A stretch of DNA of 64,000 bases. It comes from an uncultured candidate division Zixibacteria bacterium. GTDB lineage: Bacteria; Zixibacteria; MSB-5A5; UBA10806. The position numbers and the translations under genes were made by a program. The notes beneath the pieces were generated by a model. The model was not told the DNA's origin. It saw nothing but the letters and a program-made list of their open reading frames with translations, and did not search any database. The stretch lies in NCBI GenBank assembly GCA_963801605.1, contig CAWDFP010000006.1, positions 96,001 to 160,000 on the forward strand. The letters are read 5' to 3'. Of the stretch, positions 11,095 through 21,864 are shown piece by piece; position 1 is the first letter of the stretch; the number at the start of each line of letters is the position of its first letter.

Positions 11095-14000
11095 CTACTT
11101 AAGCATAACCATACGCTTAATAAGAGTACCCTCACCACTATCCAGACGGTAGAAGTAAACGCCCGATGTGACCGTAGCGCCTGATTCATCGGTGCCGTTC
11201 CACGTAAAGGTATGCTCACCAGCGGATATCCGTCCAGACTGAAGGAGCTTGACTCTCCGGCCAAGGATATCGAATATCGTTAAGTTGGCTTCGCCATCAT
11301 TCTGCAGCGCAAAGCTGATGTTAGTGGAGGCATTGAACGGGTTCGGGTAGTTTTGCTGAAGATCGAAGGCAACGGGCATGGCAGGTTGTTCGGAAACACC
11401 CACTAATGCGGTCTGGGCGTTATTAGTGCGATACCAATCACGTCCGAAATTCGGCCATTTGAGGTCTCCCACTAAAGCTTGTACTCTATAATCGTAGACT
11501 ACGAGGTTGGCGCCGGTAGCCTTGATTGGCACTACAATCTCCATACGGCCGTCGTGATCGAGATCGCCTAAAGCGACGGTGCCGGCAATTTGACGTGAGC
11601 TTGAGCCGAGAATCGGGAAATTACCAAGCGTCGCGCCAGTTCTATCGACACCATAGAGATTACCGCCAGTGGTGCCCACGACGATATCGGGTAAGCGATC
11701 CCCGGTAATATCGCCGACTACGGGGGTCCCAAAGACGCTATTTCCGACTGCGACTGGGAATCCGGTTAGATCGGTTCCATCGATTTTGAGGGCCCGCAAA
11801 TTGCCGTCGGAAGTGCCGAAAATAATCTCAAGATTGTTATCATTATTGAGATCGACCAATGCTGGGGTCGAACGCAACGAAGTGGAATAGCTCACGGGGA
11901 AACCGGTCATTATCTGACCGAGGTGATCTATGAGATAAACTTTACCCGGCGAATAAGTCGCTACAACGATTTCCAGGTGAGTATCGTTGTTAAGATCACC
12001 CACGGACGGTGCACACCAAACCTGCCCGGCCAGACGCACCGGGAAGCCTGCTACTTCGCTGCCATCAGCATTCCAAACATGAAGAGTGGAATCAAAACCT
12101 GCATAAATTATTTCGGGAAGTCCGTCTTCATCGATATCACCGGCGGAGGCGGAACCATACCATTTATTTATCGCAGCAGAAGGCCAACCAGCCAAGTCGC
12201 TGCCATCGGATTTAACGACATAAACCTTATTATCCGAGAATGAACCGGCGATAATTTCCAGATTCTGATCGCCATTAATGTCGGCTAAAAGCGCTCCGGA
12301 ATAGAATGTGCCGTTTTTACTCACGGGGAAATTGGTAACGGCGGCTCCGTTGGCATGCCAGGCGTAAAATTTACCATCTTTGCTGACTTCGACAATTTCG
12401 TTTGAGCCATCATGATCGATATCGCCAATGGCCGGACCGGTGATAGGATCTCCGGTAACGGCTTGAGGCCAGCCGGCGCTATTTGTGCCATTTGGCTCGA
12501 TGGCATAGACGTTACGGTCGTTAGCCGAGAACACGAGTTCGTTGTCTCCATCACGATCAAAATCGAAGATGATCGGGCTTGATTCGATATTTCCGGGAAT
12601 ATCCATCGGAAAACCGATCTGATCCATAGAGACGGTAACGGTAATGGTATCATCCTTGGAATAAGTTGAATCGGCGGCGATGTGTATCATTATGGGCTGG
12701 ATGCCGGGAACTAAATCCCGGTGCGCGGTGAGAAGAAGGGGATCGCCGGTATTAGTAGACTGCTGATTATGCAGAATATTGCCAAACGAAGCTGTGGAAT
12801 CGGTGATATCGAATCCGGCGCTCCTGATGGTAACGTTAACGTTATTAGCATCGGCCCACATATTGCCAAGAGTAAGAGTCAGATTGAAAGATTCACCGGG
12901 ATTGATCTTGCCATCGCCATCATCATTGGTGATAGTCGCCCAGCTTGAATCGACTGTAATGTTCGGGAAGGAGGACGAACCAAGGGCGGTGAATGCGTTT
13001 ATGCGGCCGCTGCCAAGCTGTCCAACATAGGATGGATTGAGGGCGTCGATATTATCGGTGGTGTTGACAATGCAATCGACGATATCCTGATTGGTCCAGC
13101 CGGGATGAGCAGCTCTGAGCAGAGCGGCGAGGCCGGCGGTTATGGGGGAAGCCATCGAGGTGCCATCGAGGCTCATCATGGCATTCGAGCTCCAGGTTGA
13201 ATAAACGCCCACGCCCGGCGCGCTGACATCAACCCAGGTTCCATAACTGGAGAAATCCGGTTTATGATCGGTGCTATTTAGAGCCGCCACGGAAAGCACA
13301 TTATTGTATGCGCCGGGATAGATACGCGTACTATTATAGTTGTTGCCGGCGGCAGCGACTATAACCACGCCAGAACCCCAAATGGTGTTGACGATATTTT
13401 GATAGCCCTGGTTGAAGGTCGTTGATCCCCAGGAACAATTAATGATATTGGTATAATTATCGGCGGCGTAGGTCATGCCCTGGTAAACTGTCGTAAGGGT
13501 GTCATGCCTGGCGCCTTTGACTGCCATGATACGGGCCTTGAAACCAATTCCAGCGCCGTTAAGGTTGTTATCGGTTGCTTCGGATGCGCATCCGGAAACG
13601 TGAGTGCCATGAATCGGGGCATCTTCCCTGGGATCACGATCATTGAATCCAAGGTCCCAACCAATGACATCGTCTATATAACCGTTGCCATCGTCATCAA
13701 CGCCGTTGATATCGCCGGTATCCATAGTACCGTTAGCATTGATATCCTCCGCCTCGTTAACCCACATATTGGGAGCTAAATCGGGATGGGCCCAATACAC
13801 ACCGGTATCGACTATACTGACAATGGCAGTGCGGGTGGTATCGCCGCGAAATAGATCCCAGGCCTCATAAGCATGGATTCTGGTGAGGTGCCATTGACTG
13901 GTACGCTGAGGATCGTTGGGAAAATAGAAAAGCTGAGGAATGTCGTAGCTATCGGAGCATTCGACATCGGGGCTGGTTCTGAAGGCGTCACGGGCAGCCA

Positions 14001-14331
14001 GCACATCGGTGCCAGGCGCTACATGGAAGATATACATCCTTGTAACCAGGTCCCGTAGTGCCTCGTTTCTAACAGGCGCCGGATACCAGGGTTCAATTTG
14101 GGTAACGTTTTGCAGATAGCAAAGATTATCTATCGAAGGGATTCCTGAAAGCGCCCGGCCCGAGGAAGCTTTGCCAATCTCCAATGGCGCCACTCCAGTA
14201 TAGGTCGTGACGATAAAGCAATCAGCAAGGTACTGACTGCCGTCAGGCCTGGAGGCGATTTGCAAATCGGCCGCCATGAGAGATGCCGGAATCAAGCATA
14301 ATACCGCCAAAACTATTAATTTTTTCATCAA
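11095..14331 (-). CDS. Secreted S8 peptidase with FG-GAP repeats and sorting tail
   Basis: Signal peptide; DTG, HGTHVSG, AAGN, GTSMASP; FG-GAP-like DxDxDG repeats; QNYPNPFN tail. Confidence 0.93.
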   Translation of the reverse strand: MMKKLIVLAVLCLIPASLMAADLQIASRPDGSQYLADCFIVTTYTGVAPLEIGKASSGRALSGIPSIDNLCYLQNVTQIEPWYPAPVRNEALRDLVTRMYIFHVAPGTDVLAARDAFRTSPDVECSDSYDIPQLFYFPNDPQRTSQWHLTRIHAYEAWDLFRGDTTRTAIVSIVDTGVYWAHPDLAPNMWVNEAEDINANGTMDTGDINGVDDDGNGYIDDVIGWDLGFNDRDPREDAPIHGTHVSGCASEATDNNLNGAGIGFKARIMAVKGARHDTLTTVYQGMTYAADNYTNIINCSWGSTTFNQGYQNIVNTIWGSGVVIVAAAGNNYNSTRIYPGAYNNVLSVAALNSTDHKPDFSSYGTWVDVSAPGVGVYSTWSSNAMMSLDGTSMASPITAGLAALLRAAHPGWTNQDIVDCIVNTTDNIDALNPSYVGQLGSGRINAFTALGSSSFPNITVDSSWATITNDDGDGKINPGESFNLTLTLGNMWADANNVNVTIRSAGFDITDSTASFGNILHNQQSTNTGDPLLLTAHRDLVPGIQPIMIHIAADSTYSKDDTITVTVSMDQIGFPMDIPGNIESSPIIFDFDRDGDNELVFSANDRNVYAIEPNGTNSAGWPQAVTGDPITGPAIGDIDHDGSNEIVEVSKDGKFYAWHANGAAVTNFPVSKNGTFYSGALLADINGDQNLEIIAGSFSDNKVYVVKSDGSDLAGWPSAAINKWYGSASAGDIDEDGLPEIIYAGFDSTLHVWNADGSEVAGFPVRLAGQVWCAPSVGDLNNDTHLEIVVATYSPGKVYLIDHLGQIMTGFPVSYSTSLRSTPALVDLNNDNNLEIIFGTSDGNLRALKIDGTDLTGFPVAVGNSVFGTPVVGDITGDRLPDIVVGTTGGNLYGVDRTGATLGNFPILGSSSRQIAGTVALGDLDHDGRMEIVVPIKATGANLVVYDYRVQALVGDLKWPNFGRDWYRTNNAQTALVGVSEQPAMPVAFDLQQNYPNPFNASTNISFALQNDGEANLTIFDILGRRVKLLQSGRISAGEHTFTWNGTDESGATVTSGVYFYRLDSGEGTLIKRMVMLK

Positions 14332-14553
14332 GGGCTCCTCTTTAGTTCTATTTTAAGATTAACTTTAAACGGCTTTCCGGGTCAATAAGCATAATGGGAA
14401 ATAATTAATACACATTCCATGTTAAAATCAAGTAAAAATACTTTTTAATCAATTTATAGATAGGCATTACTGCTTTCACGATCAGACGATAGAGATAAGG
14501 CCATAAATACAAACATCTTGCACAATCGCCTCATCTGTTTTATCATCTTAAGA

Positions 14554-16863
14554 ATGAAACGCTTGAATTCCAAAGAGATCTGGGCTATAGGGATCTTCTG
14601 CCTGGCGTTATTGGTGCGGTTGATTTACTTCTTTCAGGTAAAAGCAAATTTCCCCGGATGGGATACCCCAACCATCGACCCGCTCTATCATGATCTCTGG
14701 GCCAAACAGATTGCCGGGGGAGATTTACTCGGCTCCGGTCCCTTCTTTAGAGCGCCATTTTATGCCTATTTTTTGGGACTGATATACGCTATTTTTGGGC
14801 CATCGCTTACAATTGCAAAAATTATCCAGCATATAATCGGCGCGGCTGGATGCTCGCTCCTTTTTCTTTTCGCCGATAAATATTTTAACCGTAAAATTGC
14901 CGTTACCGCCGGATTAATTGCGGCACTTAACTGGGTATTCATTTACCACGAAGATGAACTTCTGCTCGATTCGCTGTTGGTGGTTTTTGGGGTAATCCTG
15001 GTTTGGTCGCTTTTCAGAGCCGCCGAGAAACCATCCAATAAAAACTTTTTATATTCGGGCCTGATATTGGGGCTAACATGTATTACTCGTCCCAATTACT
15101 TAGCATTTTTACCGGTGATACTTCTATGGCTTGTTATGATTTTCAAAGGCGAAGCACTGCGAGCAGCCAAGAGCTTTCTTTGGGTATTATTGGGAACGGC
15201 AATACTTATCTTTCCGGTGGCGCTTCGAAATTTGGTGGTGGGACATGATGCCGTTCTGATCGCGTCGCAAGGCGGAATTAACTTTTATATCGGAAATAAC
15301 TCCCGCGCTGATGGCGCCAGCGCGACTATACCGGAGTTTGGCCCCACCTGGCAATATTCCGATGCTGAATTTCTGGCCAGAAAAGAAAGCGGCAAGCTGA
15401 ATTCGGAGATGAAACAATCGGAGGTATCGTCGTTTTATTACAGCAAAGGTCTCAAGTATATTATCGGAAATCCCGTAGCCTGGCTGGGACTGACTATTAA
15501 GAAACTCGATTATTTTTGGAATACGTTTGAAATTTCGAACAATCAGGACCTTTATTTTTACCGTCGCTTCGCCTGGATTACCAGGATTTTGCCGTCACTA
15601 TTTTTTATAATTTCCCCTCTTTCTTTAATCGGGTTGGCGTTGATATTCAGACACGAAAGAAAATATCATATCATTCCGTATTTCGTGATCGTTTATATGC
15701 TGACGGTGGTGGCGTTTTTCGTCAACAGCCGTTTCAGGCTTCCGGTGCTTCCATTCCTGATACTACTGGCCAGTTTCGCTTTTTGGAAAGGAGTGGAGTT
15801 TATTCGAACGCGGGACAGAAAACAGATTATCGTAATGGCTGTATCGTTGGTTCTGCTGATACCGCTGACCAATATCGATTTTTACGGCATTTCAAATGAG
15901 TCGTTTGCGATGTCGTATTTTTCGCTTGGCAATGTTTATCTGAAAAAAGGTCTGACCGATAAAGCGCTGGCCGAATACGATACCGCCTTGAGTATGGCTC
16001 CCTGCGTACCAAAAGCGCATCTCAATCGCGGGGTTATCTATTTTGGACAGGGAGATTGCAGGCAGGCCGAAAAGGAATTCTGGCTGGAATTGATCGCAAT
16101 GTCATTCATCACCTGAGGCCGATAATAATCTCTCGGTACTTTACAGGCTGGAGGGATATTTCGAAACCCTCGCTTGATCACGCGCAGAAAGCAGTTTTTG
16201 AAAAACCTCAGTATCTCGAAGCTTATATCAATGTGATTCTGGCTTATAGAGCGTTGAACGATAATAACAGCGCCAAGGCAGTGGCTGACACGCTGACTTC
16301 ATTTTATCCGGATTATATGCCGGGACGATATTTCGAGGGCAAGATACTTTCCGAATACGGCCAAAATCGAAAAGGCGCGGGAGGAATTTGGCCGGGTGCT
16401 CCAAATGAAGCCTGCAGATATCGTGGAGAGATACGATTTATCGACGATATACACATCACAAGCGGGATATGGTTATAGCCCCGATAAAATTAAGGGATTG
16501 GCCAATTATGAGATGGGACTATTAGAAGTCAGAGCGGGAAGACCCGATTCGGCTTTGGTTTATTTCGGAGAGGCAACCAAGCTTCTCCCCCGATACGCCG
16601 ACGCCTGGATAAATCTGGCATTGGCCTACGATCATCAGAAGATGTACAAAGAGGCGATAGGCGCGTTTAAGACCGCCAGCGATCTCGATCCCGAAAATGC
16701 GTTGATATACTACGATGCCGGATTGACGTTGGGAAAGATTGGGAAGATCAGGGAAGCGGCGGATTTTTTCAGACAGGCGCTGGAATTGAAACCCGATTTC
16801 CCGGAAGCCAAAGAGAAGCTAAAATTATCGGAATCAATTTTGAATTCTACCGCTAAGAAGTAG
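14554..16863 (+). CDS. GT-C (GT39/PMT-like) membrane glycosyltransferase with C-terminal TPR repeats (frameshifts at about 16090-16380)
   Basis: Multi-TM protein; IDPLYHDLWA, RAPFYAYFL, TRPN, GGINFYIGN and SRFRLP motifs; TPR segments continue across ORFs 16056-16478 and 16396-16863. Confidence 0.82.
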
Positions 16864-17850
16864 CTCCGCCGCCTCGATAATTTTTTCAGGCAATAATTCT
16901 TTCATACAGCGAAAATGACCCTGAGGGCATTCTTTGGAACCATGCCTGGTGCAGGGACGGCAATATAAATTCCCGATATCAATCACCCGGGATTTTTGGG
17001 AATAAGGCGCAAATCCAAATGACGGCACGGTGGGGCCAAAGATGGCGATTCCCGGAGTTCCCACAGCGGCGGCGATATGAGCCGGGGCGGAATCGTTGGT
17101 AATAGCAAGGATTGCTTTTGAGATGATGGCAGCCGAAAGCAGCAGATCGGTTTTGCCGGATAAATCGACAGGCGGATAAGTACACGATTTGGCAAGCTCG
17201 GCACAAAGAAAGCGATCATCCGGTCCGCCAAGAAGCACAATCGGCAGATTGAATCTTTCGCTTAAAAGGTCGATCAGTTTGCCATATTGGCTATATCGTT
17301 TGGTAAACCAAACCGAGCCCGGGGCCAGGGCGATGAATTTTCCCTTAACATTATTTAATTCAAGCCCCAGCTTAGCATCGCCAAGAGTTTTATCATCAAA
17401 ATATATTTTAGGACTGTATTTACCATCCTTATTATCTACGCCAACAAGATCGAGACAGCGCTCAACCTCGTGGATATTTTCACGATATATGACCCTGGTC
17501 GTATAAAGCAGATGGGCGCTTGAGTTATTGTATCCGATTCGTTTGGGAATTTTGGCGAAAACCGGAATAAGCGCAGAGCGCAGGTGACGTTGAACCAGGA
17601 TCGCCTGATTGAATCCCTTGAGCTTTGAGGCGACTCTCATGATTCCCGTCAGGCCTTTGTCAGCGCCATATTTATCGAATATAATGATTTCATCGATATA
17701 GGGATTGTTGCGAAGCAAACAAGCCGATTCCGGCCTAACGACCGCCGCGAGGTGACATCCGGGCTCACTATCTTTCAAAGCTTCATAGAGGGGAATTGAA
17801 AGGATAACATCACCCGGAAAAGCGGTCTGAATTATGGCGGTCCTGGTCAT
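16834..17850 (-). CDS. waaF: GT9 LPS heptosyltransferase
   Basis: TAFPGDVIL, LAPGSVWFTKR, NDSAPAHIAAA, IFGPT and CRPC...C...HFRCM motifs. Confidence 0.8.
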   Translation of the reverse strand: MTRTAIIQTAFPGDVILSIPLYEALKDSEPGCHLAAVVRPESACLLRNNPYIDEIIIFDKYGADKGLTGIMRVASKLKGFNQAILVQRHLRSALIPVFAKIPKRIGYNNSSAHLLYTTRVIYRENIHEVERCLDLVGVDNKDGKYSPKIYFDDKTLGDAKLGLELNNVKGKFIALAPGSVWFTKRYSQYGKLIDLLSERFNLPIVLLGGPDDRFLCAELAKSCTYPPVDLSGKTDLLLSAAIISKAILAITNDSAPAHIAAAVGTPGIAIFGPTVPSFGFAPYSQKSRVIDIGNLYCRPCTRHGSKECPQGHFRCMKELLPEKIIEAAELLLSGRIQN

Positions 17851-19412
17851 TTCTTTCTATTAAGGAGCGCTTTGAGATGGCCGAACTCTTCAACTTTCAA
17901 AATAGCGCAGATCGTAAAATAAATGATAACACAAGCCAGCGCCGAAAGGATTGTCGCGGCCGCTGAACCTTTAATACCTCCAAAACCATTGGCCCCCATG
18001 AAAAATCTTGAAACGCCATAAGCGCCAAAGCCCGCAACTGCTGACGCCATCAGAATGGTAATAGAGTATTTGGCCAAACCGAATTTGTCGGGGGTCGGGG
18101 CTTTACGATGCGAGTAAAAGTAGAGAAGCGAAAAGTTTACAATCGCCGCAATCGATGTTGCCAGCGCCAGGGCGGCGAATTTTAGAGCGTTGAGCAATAA
18201 CAAGCTTAAGATGATATTGGTTGCCACTGCCACCAGCGAAATAAGCACCGGAGTTCGAGTATCTTTGTAAGCATAGAATACCTGAGCTGTCACTCTCACC
18301 AAACCGAAAAATACCAGCCCGATTCCATAGGCCCGCAGGGCGAGAGAGACATCGATAGTATCTGTCCAGGTGAAGTGGCCGTGCTGATAAGCAAGCGCCA
18401 CTATCGCCTCCGCAGCTCCGAAAAAGTAAGCTACCGATGGCAGGAGCAGAAAGATAACCATCCTTGAGGAATACCGTTGGGCAGCGCCCACCCCGGTATG
18501 GTCTCCGGAGGAAACCAAATGGGACATCTCAGGAAGCGAGACTACGGCCAGCGCCACTCCAAAAATACCCAGCGGAAAATGAATAAGACGCAGGGCATAG
18601 TAGAGACTGGAAATGCTACCCGTTTCAAGATGGGATGCGATCCAGGTGCCCACTACGACATTGACCTGCCAGGCAGCGCCTCCCAGCGCAGCGGGTAAGA
18701 TTAACTTAAGGATTCGTCTGACTGCCTCGTCCTTGAACGGCAGCCGGAATTGGAACTTAAATCCCGCACGAATAAGCTGCGGCAGCTGAACGGCAAATTG
18801 GCCGAGCCCTCCTATAACAACTCCAACGGCCAATACCAGAATAGGCGGATTGAAGAACTGCGAAAAACATACCGCTATAATAATCGTGATAATATTGAAT
18901 GCCGCGGGAGCTACAGCAGGGATTCCGAATTTTCCCAGAGCATTGAGGGTTCCCATGCTGGCAACCGCCAACGCCACCAGCAGGAGGAACGGAAACATGA
19001 TCTGCGAAAGCTGAACTGTTAGATTGAGCTTGGCAGGATCGCCGGAAAAACCAGAAACATAAAGCTTCACGAAATATGGCGCCAGAATAATACCCAGGAC
19101 GACAATTGCGCCGACAACTACCACTAATATAGAGAGGACGGCTGAGGTCAGCTTAAATGCTTCATCTTTGCCGTCATTTTTCAGTTTTTCGATAAAGGTG
19201 GGCACATAGGCGGCTGAGAGGGCGCCCTCGGCGAAAAGATCACGCAAGAGGTTGGGGATACGGAAGGCGGCCACGAAAGCATCCATACTGCCGGAGGCTC
19301 CAAAGAGGGCCGCCAGGGTGGTTTCGCGCAGCAGGCCAGTCAGGCGCGAGATGATGGTGGCCAGGGAAAACCGGCCAGTTCTTCTGAGGAACGATGTTTT
19401 TTCGGTTGACAA
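17847..19412 (-). CDS. murJ: Lipid II flippase MurJ
   Basis: SRLTGLLRE, DAFVAAFRIPNLLRDLFAEGALSAAYVP, FYAYKDTRTP. Confidence 0.96.
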   Translation of the reverse strand: MSTEKTSFLRRTGRFSLATIISRLTGLLRETTLAALFGASGSMDAFVAAFRIPNLLRDLFAEGALSAAYVPTFIEKLKNDGKDEAFKLTSAVLSILVVVVGAIVVLGIILAPYFVKLYVSGFSGDPAKLNLTVQLSQIMFPFLLLVALAVASMGTLNALGKFGIPAVAPAAFNIITIIIAVCFSQFFNPPILVLAVGVVIGGLGQFAVQLPQLIRAGFKFQFRLPFKDEAVRRILKLILPAALGGAAWQVNVVVGTWIASHLETGSISSLYYALRLIHFPLGIFGVALAVVSLPEMSHLVSSGDHTGVGAAQRYSSRMVIFLLLPSVAYFFGAAEAIVALAYQHGHFTWTDTIDVSLALRAYGIGLVFFGLVRVTAQVFYAYKDTRTPVLISLVAVATNIILSLLLLNALKFAALALATSIAAIVNFSLLYFYSHRKAPTPDKFGLAKYSITILMASAVAGFGAYGVSRFFMGANGFGGIKGSAAATILSALACVIIYFTICAILKVEEFGHLKALLNRKK

Positions 19413-19463
19413 TGTTTACTGTGGAGTTATATTCGTTTTTTGAATATTTGAAAGGAGATTTAA

Positions 19464-19712
19464 TTGCCTACACACAAATCGGCGGCCAAGAGAATGAAGA
19501 CCGCGGAGAGAGACAGACTTAAAAATCGCACCACCAAGTCGAACTTGCGCAGCGCCATAAAGGATTTCAAAGACAGCAAGCCGGCGGATAAATCGGCGGC
19601 GCTCAAAGCAGTGTCCAGCAAGGCCGACACCGCGGCTCGCAAGCATGTCATTCATAAAAAGAAAGCTGCCCGGATTAAATCCAGGTTGGCCAAGAGTCTG
19701 AAAACCAAGTAA
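19464..19712 (+). CDS. rpsT: 30S ribosomal protein S20
   Basis: MPTHKSAAKR...VIHKKKAARIKSRL; AAGGAG RBS, TTG start. Confidence 0.96.
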   Translation: MPTHKSAAKRMKTAERDRLKNRTTKSNLRSAIKDFKDSKPADKSAALKAVSSKADTAARKHVIHKKKAARIKSRLAKSLKTK

Positions 19713-19714
19713 GC

Positions 19715-20890
19715 TCATTTTGCTATTAGATGCCTCGCCATTCGTAATAGGCCCGGGTTTCTAAATATCAGTTTGAATATAATGTCTGGGACGTTAACGT
19801 CCCGGACTTTTTTTTGCGGGATAAGCTCGTCGATTTCTTTTATAATCTGCTCGAATTCCTGATCGGTCGTTCTTACGTATATCGATCTAAACAGTTTATA
19901 GGCGTAAAGTTCACGTTTTTTTAGCTTAAAAAACTCCTTAGGATAATCACTCAGTTGGCCCTGGCCAGCCACAAAGGCCGCCGCTGTTTTTCCAGCGATC
20001 GAGCCGGAGAGCAGAGCGTTGGCAATCCCCGCGCCCGATAGAGAATCGACCAATCTGGCCGCATCGCCGGTTAAAAGAAGATTGCCGTATTGAAGCGGCA
20101 AATTACGATTGAAAGCAGGAACCGCGCCCATTATGGTACCGAATTGTATATGGTTTGGGTATCGCTCTTTCACGAAATGATCGAGATAATCTTTGGCACT
20201 TCTCCCGTTGGCTCGCGCCGGACAAACTGCTATTCCGATATTGGCGGTATCTTTCGATTTAGGGAAAAGCCAGACATAGCCACCGGGGGCGATTTCGTTC
20301 CCGATTAATATCTGAACTATCCCCTCCTTAAAAGAGATGTTGCCGACATAGTATTGACAGGCGGAGTCGATATCGTCGAGCGGGATGGTGGTATCGATCC
20401 CGGACATATAAGCCAGGCGCGATTCAATACCATCGGCAGCAATGATAACCTTGCCTGTAACTTCTCTGCGACCGTCACCATTCGAAATAATCAGGCTTTC
20501 AATGTAGTTTTTGCCCCTAATATTAACAGCGATTGCCGGCGATGAAGTCGCAAGATCGACTCCGTTTTCGACAGCTAATTGGGCCAATCCGGCATCGAAA
20601 ATATCCCTATTAAGAACATAACCAGCCGCGGGGTGCAGGAAGGTCAGGGTCGTCCCGCGGGGACTCTCGACACTGGCACCCTCGATGGTCGTAGCTATCC
20701 ATTCAGGCCGGGGCTTAACGATTTGTTTAAGCCCTGAGGTAGTAATTCCCTCGGCGCAGCAGACCGGCATACCGACCTTCTCATGCTTTTCCAGAAGAAG
20801 AGTTTTAGCACCGCCACGGGCAGCGTTTAAGGCTGCTGTAGAACCGGCAGGCCCGGCTCCAACCACAATGACGTCATAAAGGCTATCCAT
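19715..20890 (-). CDS. Geranylgeranyl reductase family flavoprotein (DGGGPL reductase-like)
   Basis: VVGAGPAGS, PVCCAEG, LNRDIFD, AADG, PGGYVWLFPK and GDAA...GAGIANA motifs. Confidence 0.88.
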   Translation of the reverse strand: MDSLYDVIVVGAGPAGSTAALNAARGGAKTLLLEKHEKVGMPVCCAEGITTSGLKQIVKPRPEWIATTIEGASVESPRGTTLTFLHPAAGYVLNRDIFDAGLAQLAVENGVDLATSSPAIAVNIRGKNYIESLIISNGDGRREVTGKVIIAADGIESRLAYMSGIDTTIPLDDIDSACQYYVGNISFKEGIVQILIGNEIAPGGYVWLFPKSKDTANIGIAVCPARANGRSAKDYLDHFVKERYPNHIQFGTIMGAVPAFNRNLPLQYGNLLLTGDAARLVDSLSGAGIANALLSGSIAGKTAAAFVAGQGQLSDYPKEFFKLKKRELYAYKLFRSIYVRTTDQEFEQIIKEIDELIPQKKVRDVNVPDIIFKLIFRNPGLLRMARHLIAK

Positions 20891-21086
20891 CGTTATCAAG
20901 CTCCAGAGCACCAACCGGGCAGGCTACCACACAGTCACCACAGGCGGTGCAGAGCTGTCTGTCAATTACCAGAGTTTGCGGGCTCAGATAGATAGCGTCG
21001 ACAGAGCAGACGGGGACGCAGCCTCCACAGCAACCGCAGAGGACATTGTCGACTCTGAGTTTTGGCGCGATCATGGTCATATCCAC
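20883..21086 (-). CDS. 2x[4Fe-4S] ferredoxin
   Basis: CGCCGGCVPVC and CTACGDCVVACP motifs; stop overlaps the reductase start. Confidence 0.9.
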   Translation of the reverse strand: MDMTMIAPKLRVDNVLCGCCGGCVPVCSVDAIYLSPQTLVIDRQLCTACGDCVVACPVGALELDNDG

Positions 21087-21407
21087 CGTGAATTTTAGGC
21101 CGTTCGGAGCCGGGATTCAAGGGGAAATATAAGGTATGAAACTCAATTGATAAGGAAACGGTAGGGGTGGGATTAGCTGGAAAAGAGGTTCCAGAGCGAA
21201 AAAAGTGAAAAAAAAGCGTTTTTTCCTCTAAAAATCGCAAATTTTAGTTGAATTTCCTCATGCGTATCTCCTACAATTTCGCTCGCGGAATGCCAATCCT
21301 GGTAATTATAAGGAACGGGCGAGCCGATTTAGTCGAGCAAGTTTTAAAATGATATTGCTAATTTTTACGGAAAATAGCAGCCAATAACCCAAACCAAGGA
21401 GGCATAG

Positions 21408-21764
21408 ATGCCCGCAAAGAAAAAGGTCGCTAAAAAGAAAACCGCAAAGAAAGTAGTAAAGAAAGCAGCCAAGAAACCAGCTAAGAAAAAAGCAGCCAAG
21501 GGCGGCGGCAGAGGCAAATCGAATCCAGCTTTCATGAAACCGATGCAGCCGGATGCAGCGTTAGCAGCCGTAGTTGGCGATAAGCCGCAACCTCGTACCC
21601 AGATCACCAAGAAGGTATGGGATTATATCAAGGCCAGAGGCCTTCAAGATAAGGTCAACAGGCGAAACATCAATGCCGATGAGAATCTGCTCAAGGTTTT
21701 CGGCGGCAAGAAGCAAGTCAGCATGTTCGAAATGACCAAGCTGGTCAACAAGCACCTGCTCTAA
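21408..21764 (+). CDS. SWIB/MDM2 domain protein with histone H1-like Lys/Ala N-terminal tail
   Basis: AGGAGG RBS; MPAKKKVAKKK tail; FMKPMQP...LAAVVG...PRTQITKKVWDYIK...VSMFEMTKLVNKHL. Confidence 0.93.
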   Translation: MPAKKKVAKKKTAKKVVKKAAKKPAKKKAAKGGGRGKSNPAFMKPMQPDAALAAVVGDKPQPRTQITKKVWDYIKARGLQDKVNRRNINADENLLKVFGGKKQVSMFEMTKLVNKHLL

Positions 21765-21783
21765 AAACTGCTTTCTCTTTAAG

Positions 21784-21816
21784 AAAAAAGGCCCTCTGAT
21801 AAGAAGGGGGCCTTTT
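21784..21816. terminator. Bidirectional terminator between convergent SWIB and CBS genes
   Basis: A-tract, AGGCCCTCT/AGGGGGCCT imperfect stem, T-tract. Confidence 0.7.
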
Positions 21817-21864
21817 GAATTTTAAATTGCCGGACGAAACCTCCGGCTTATTATTTTCAGGGGG

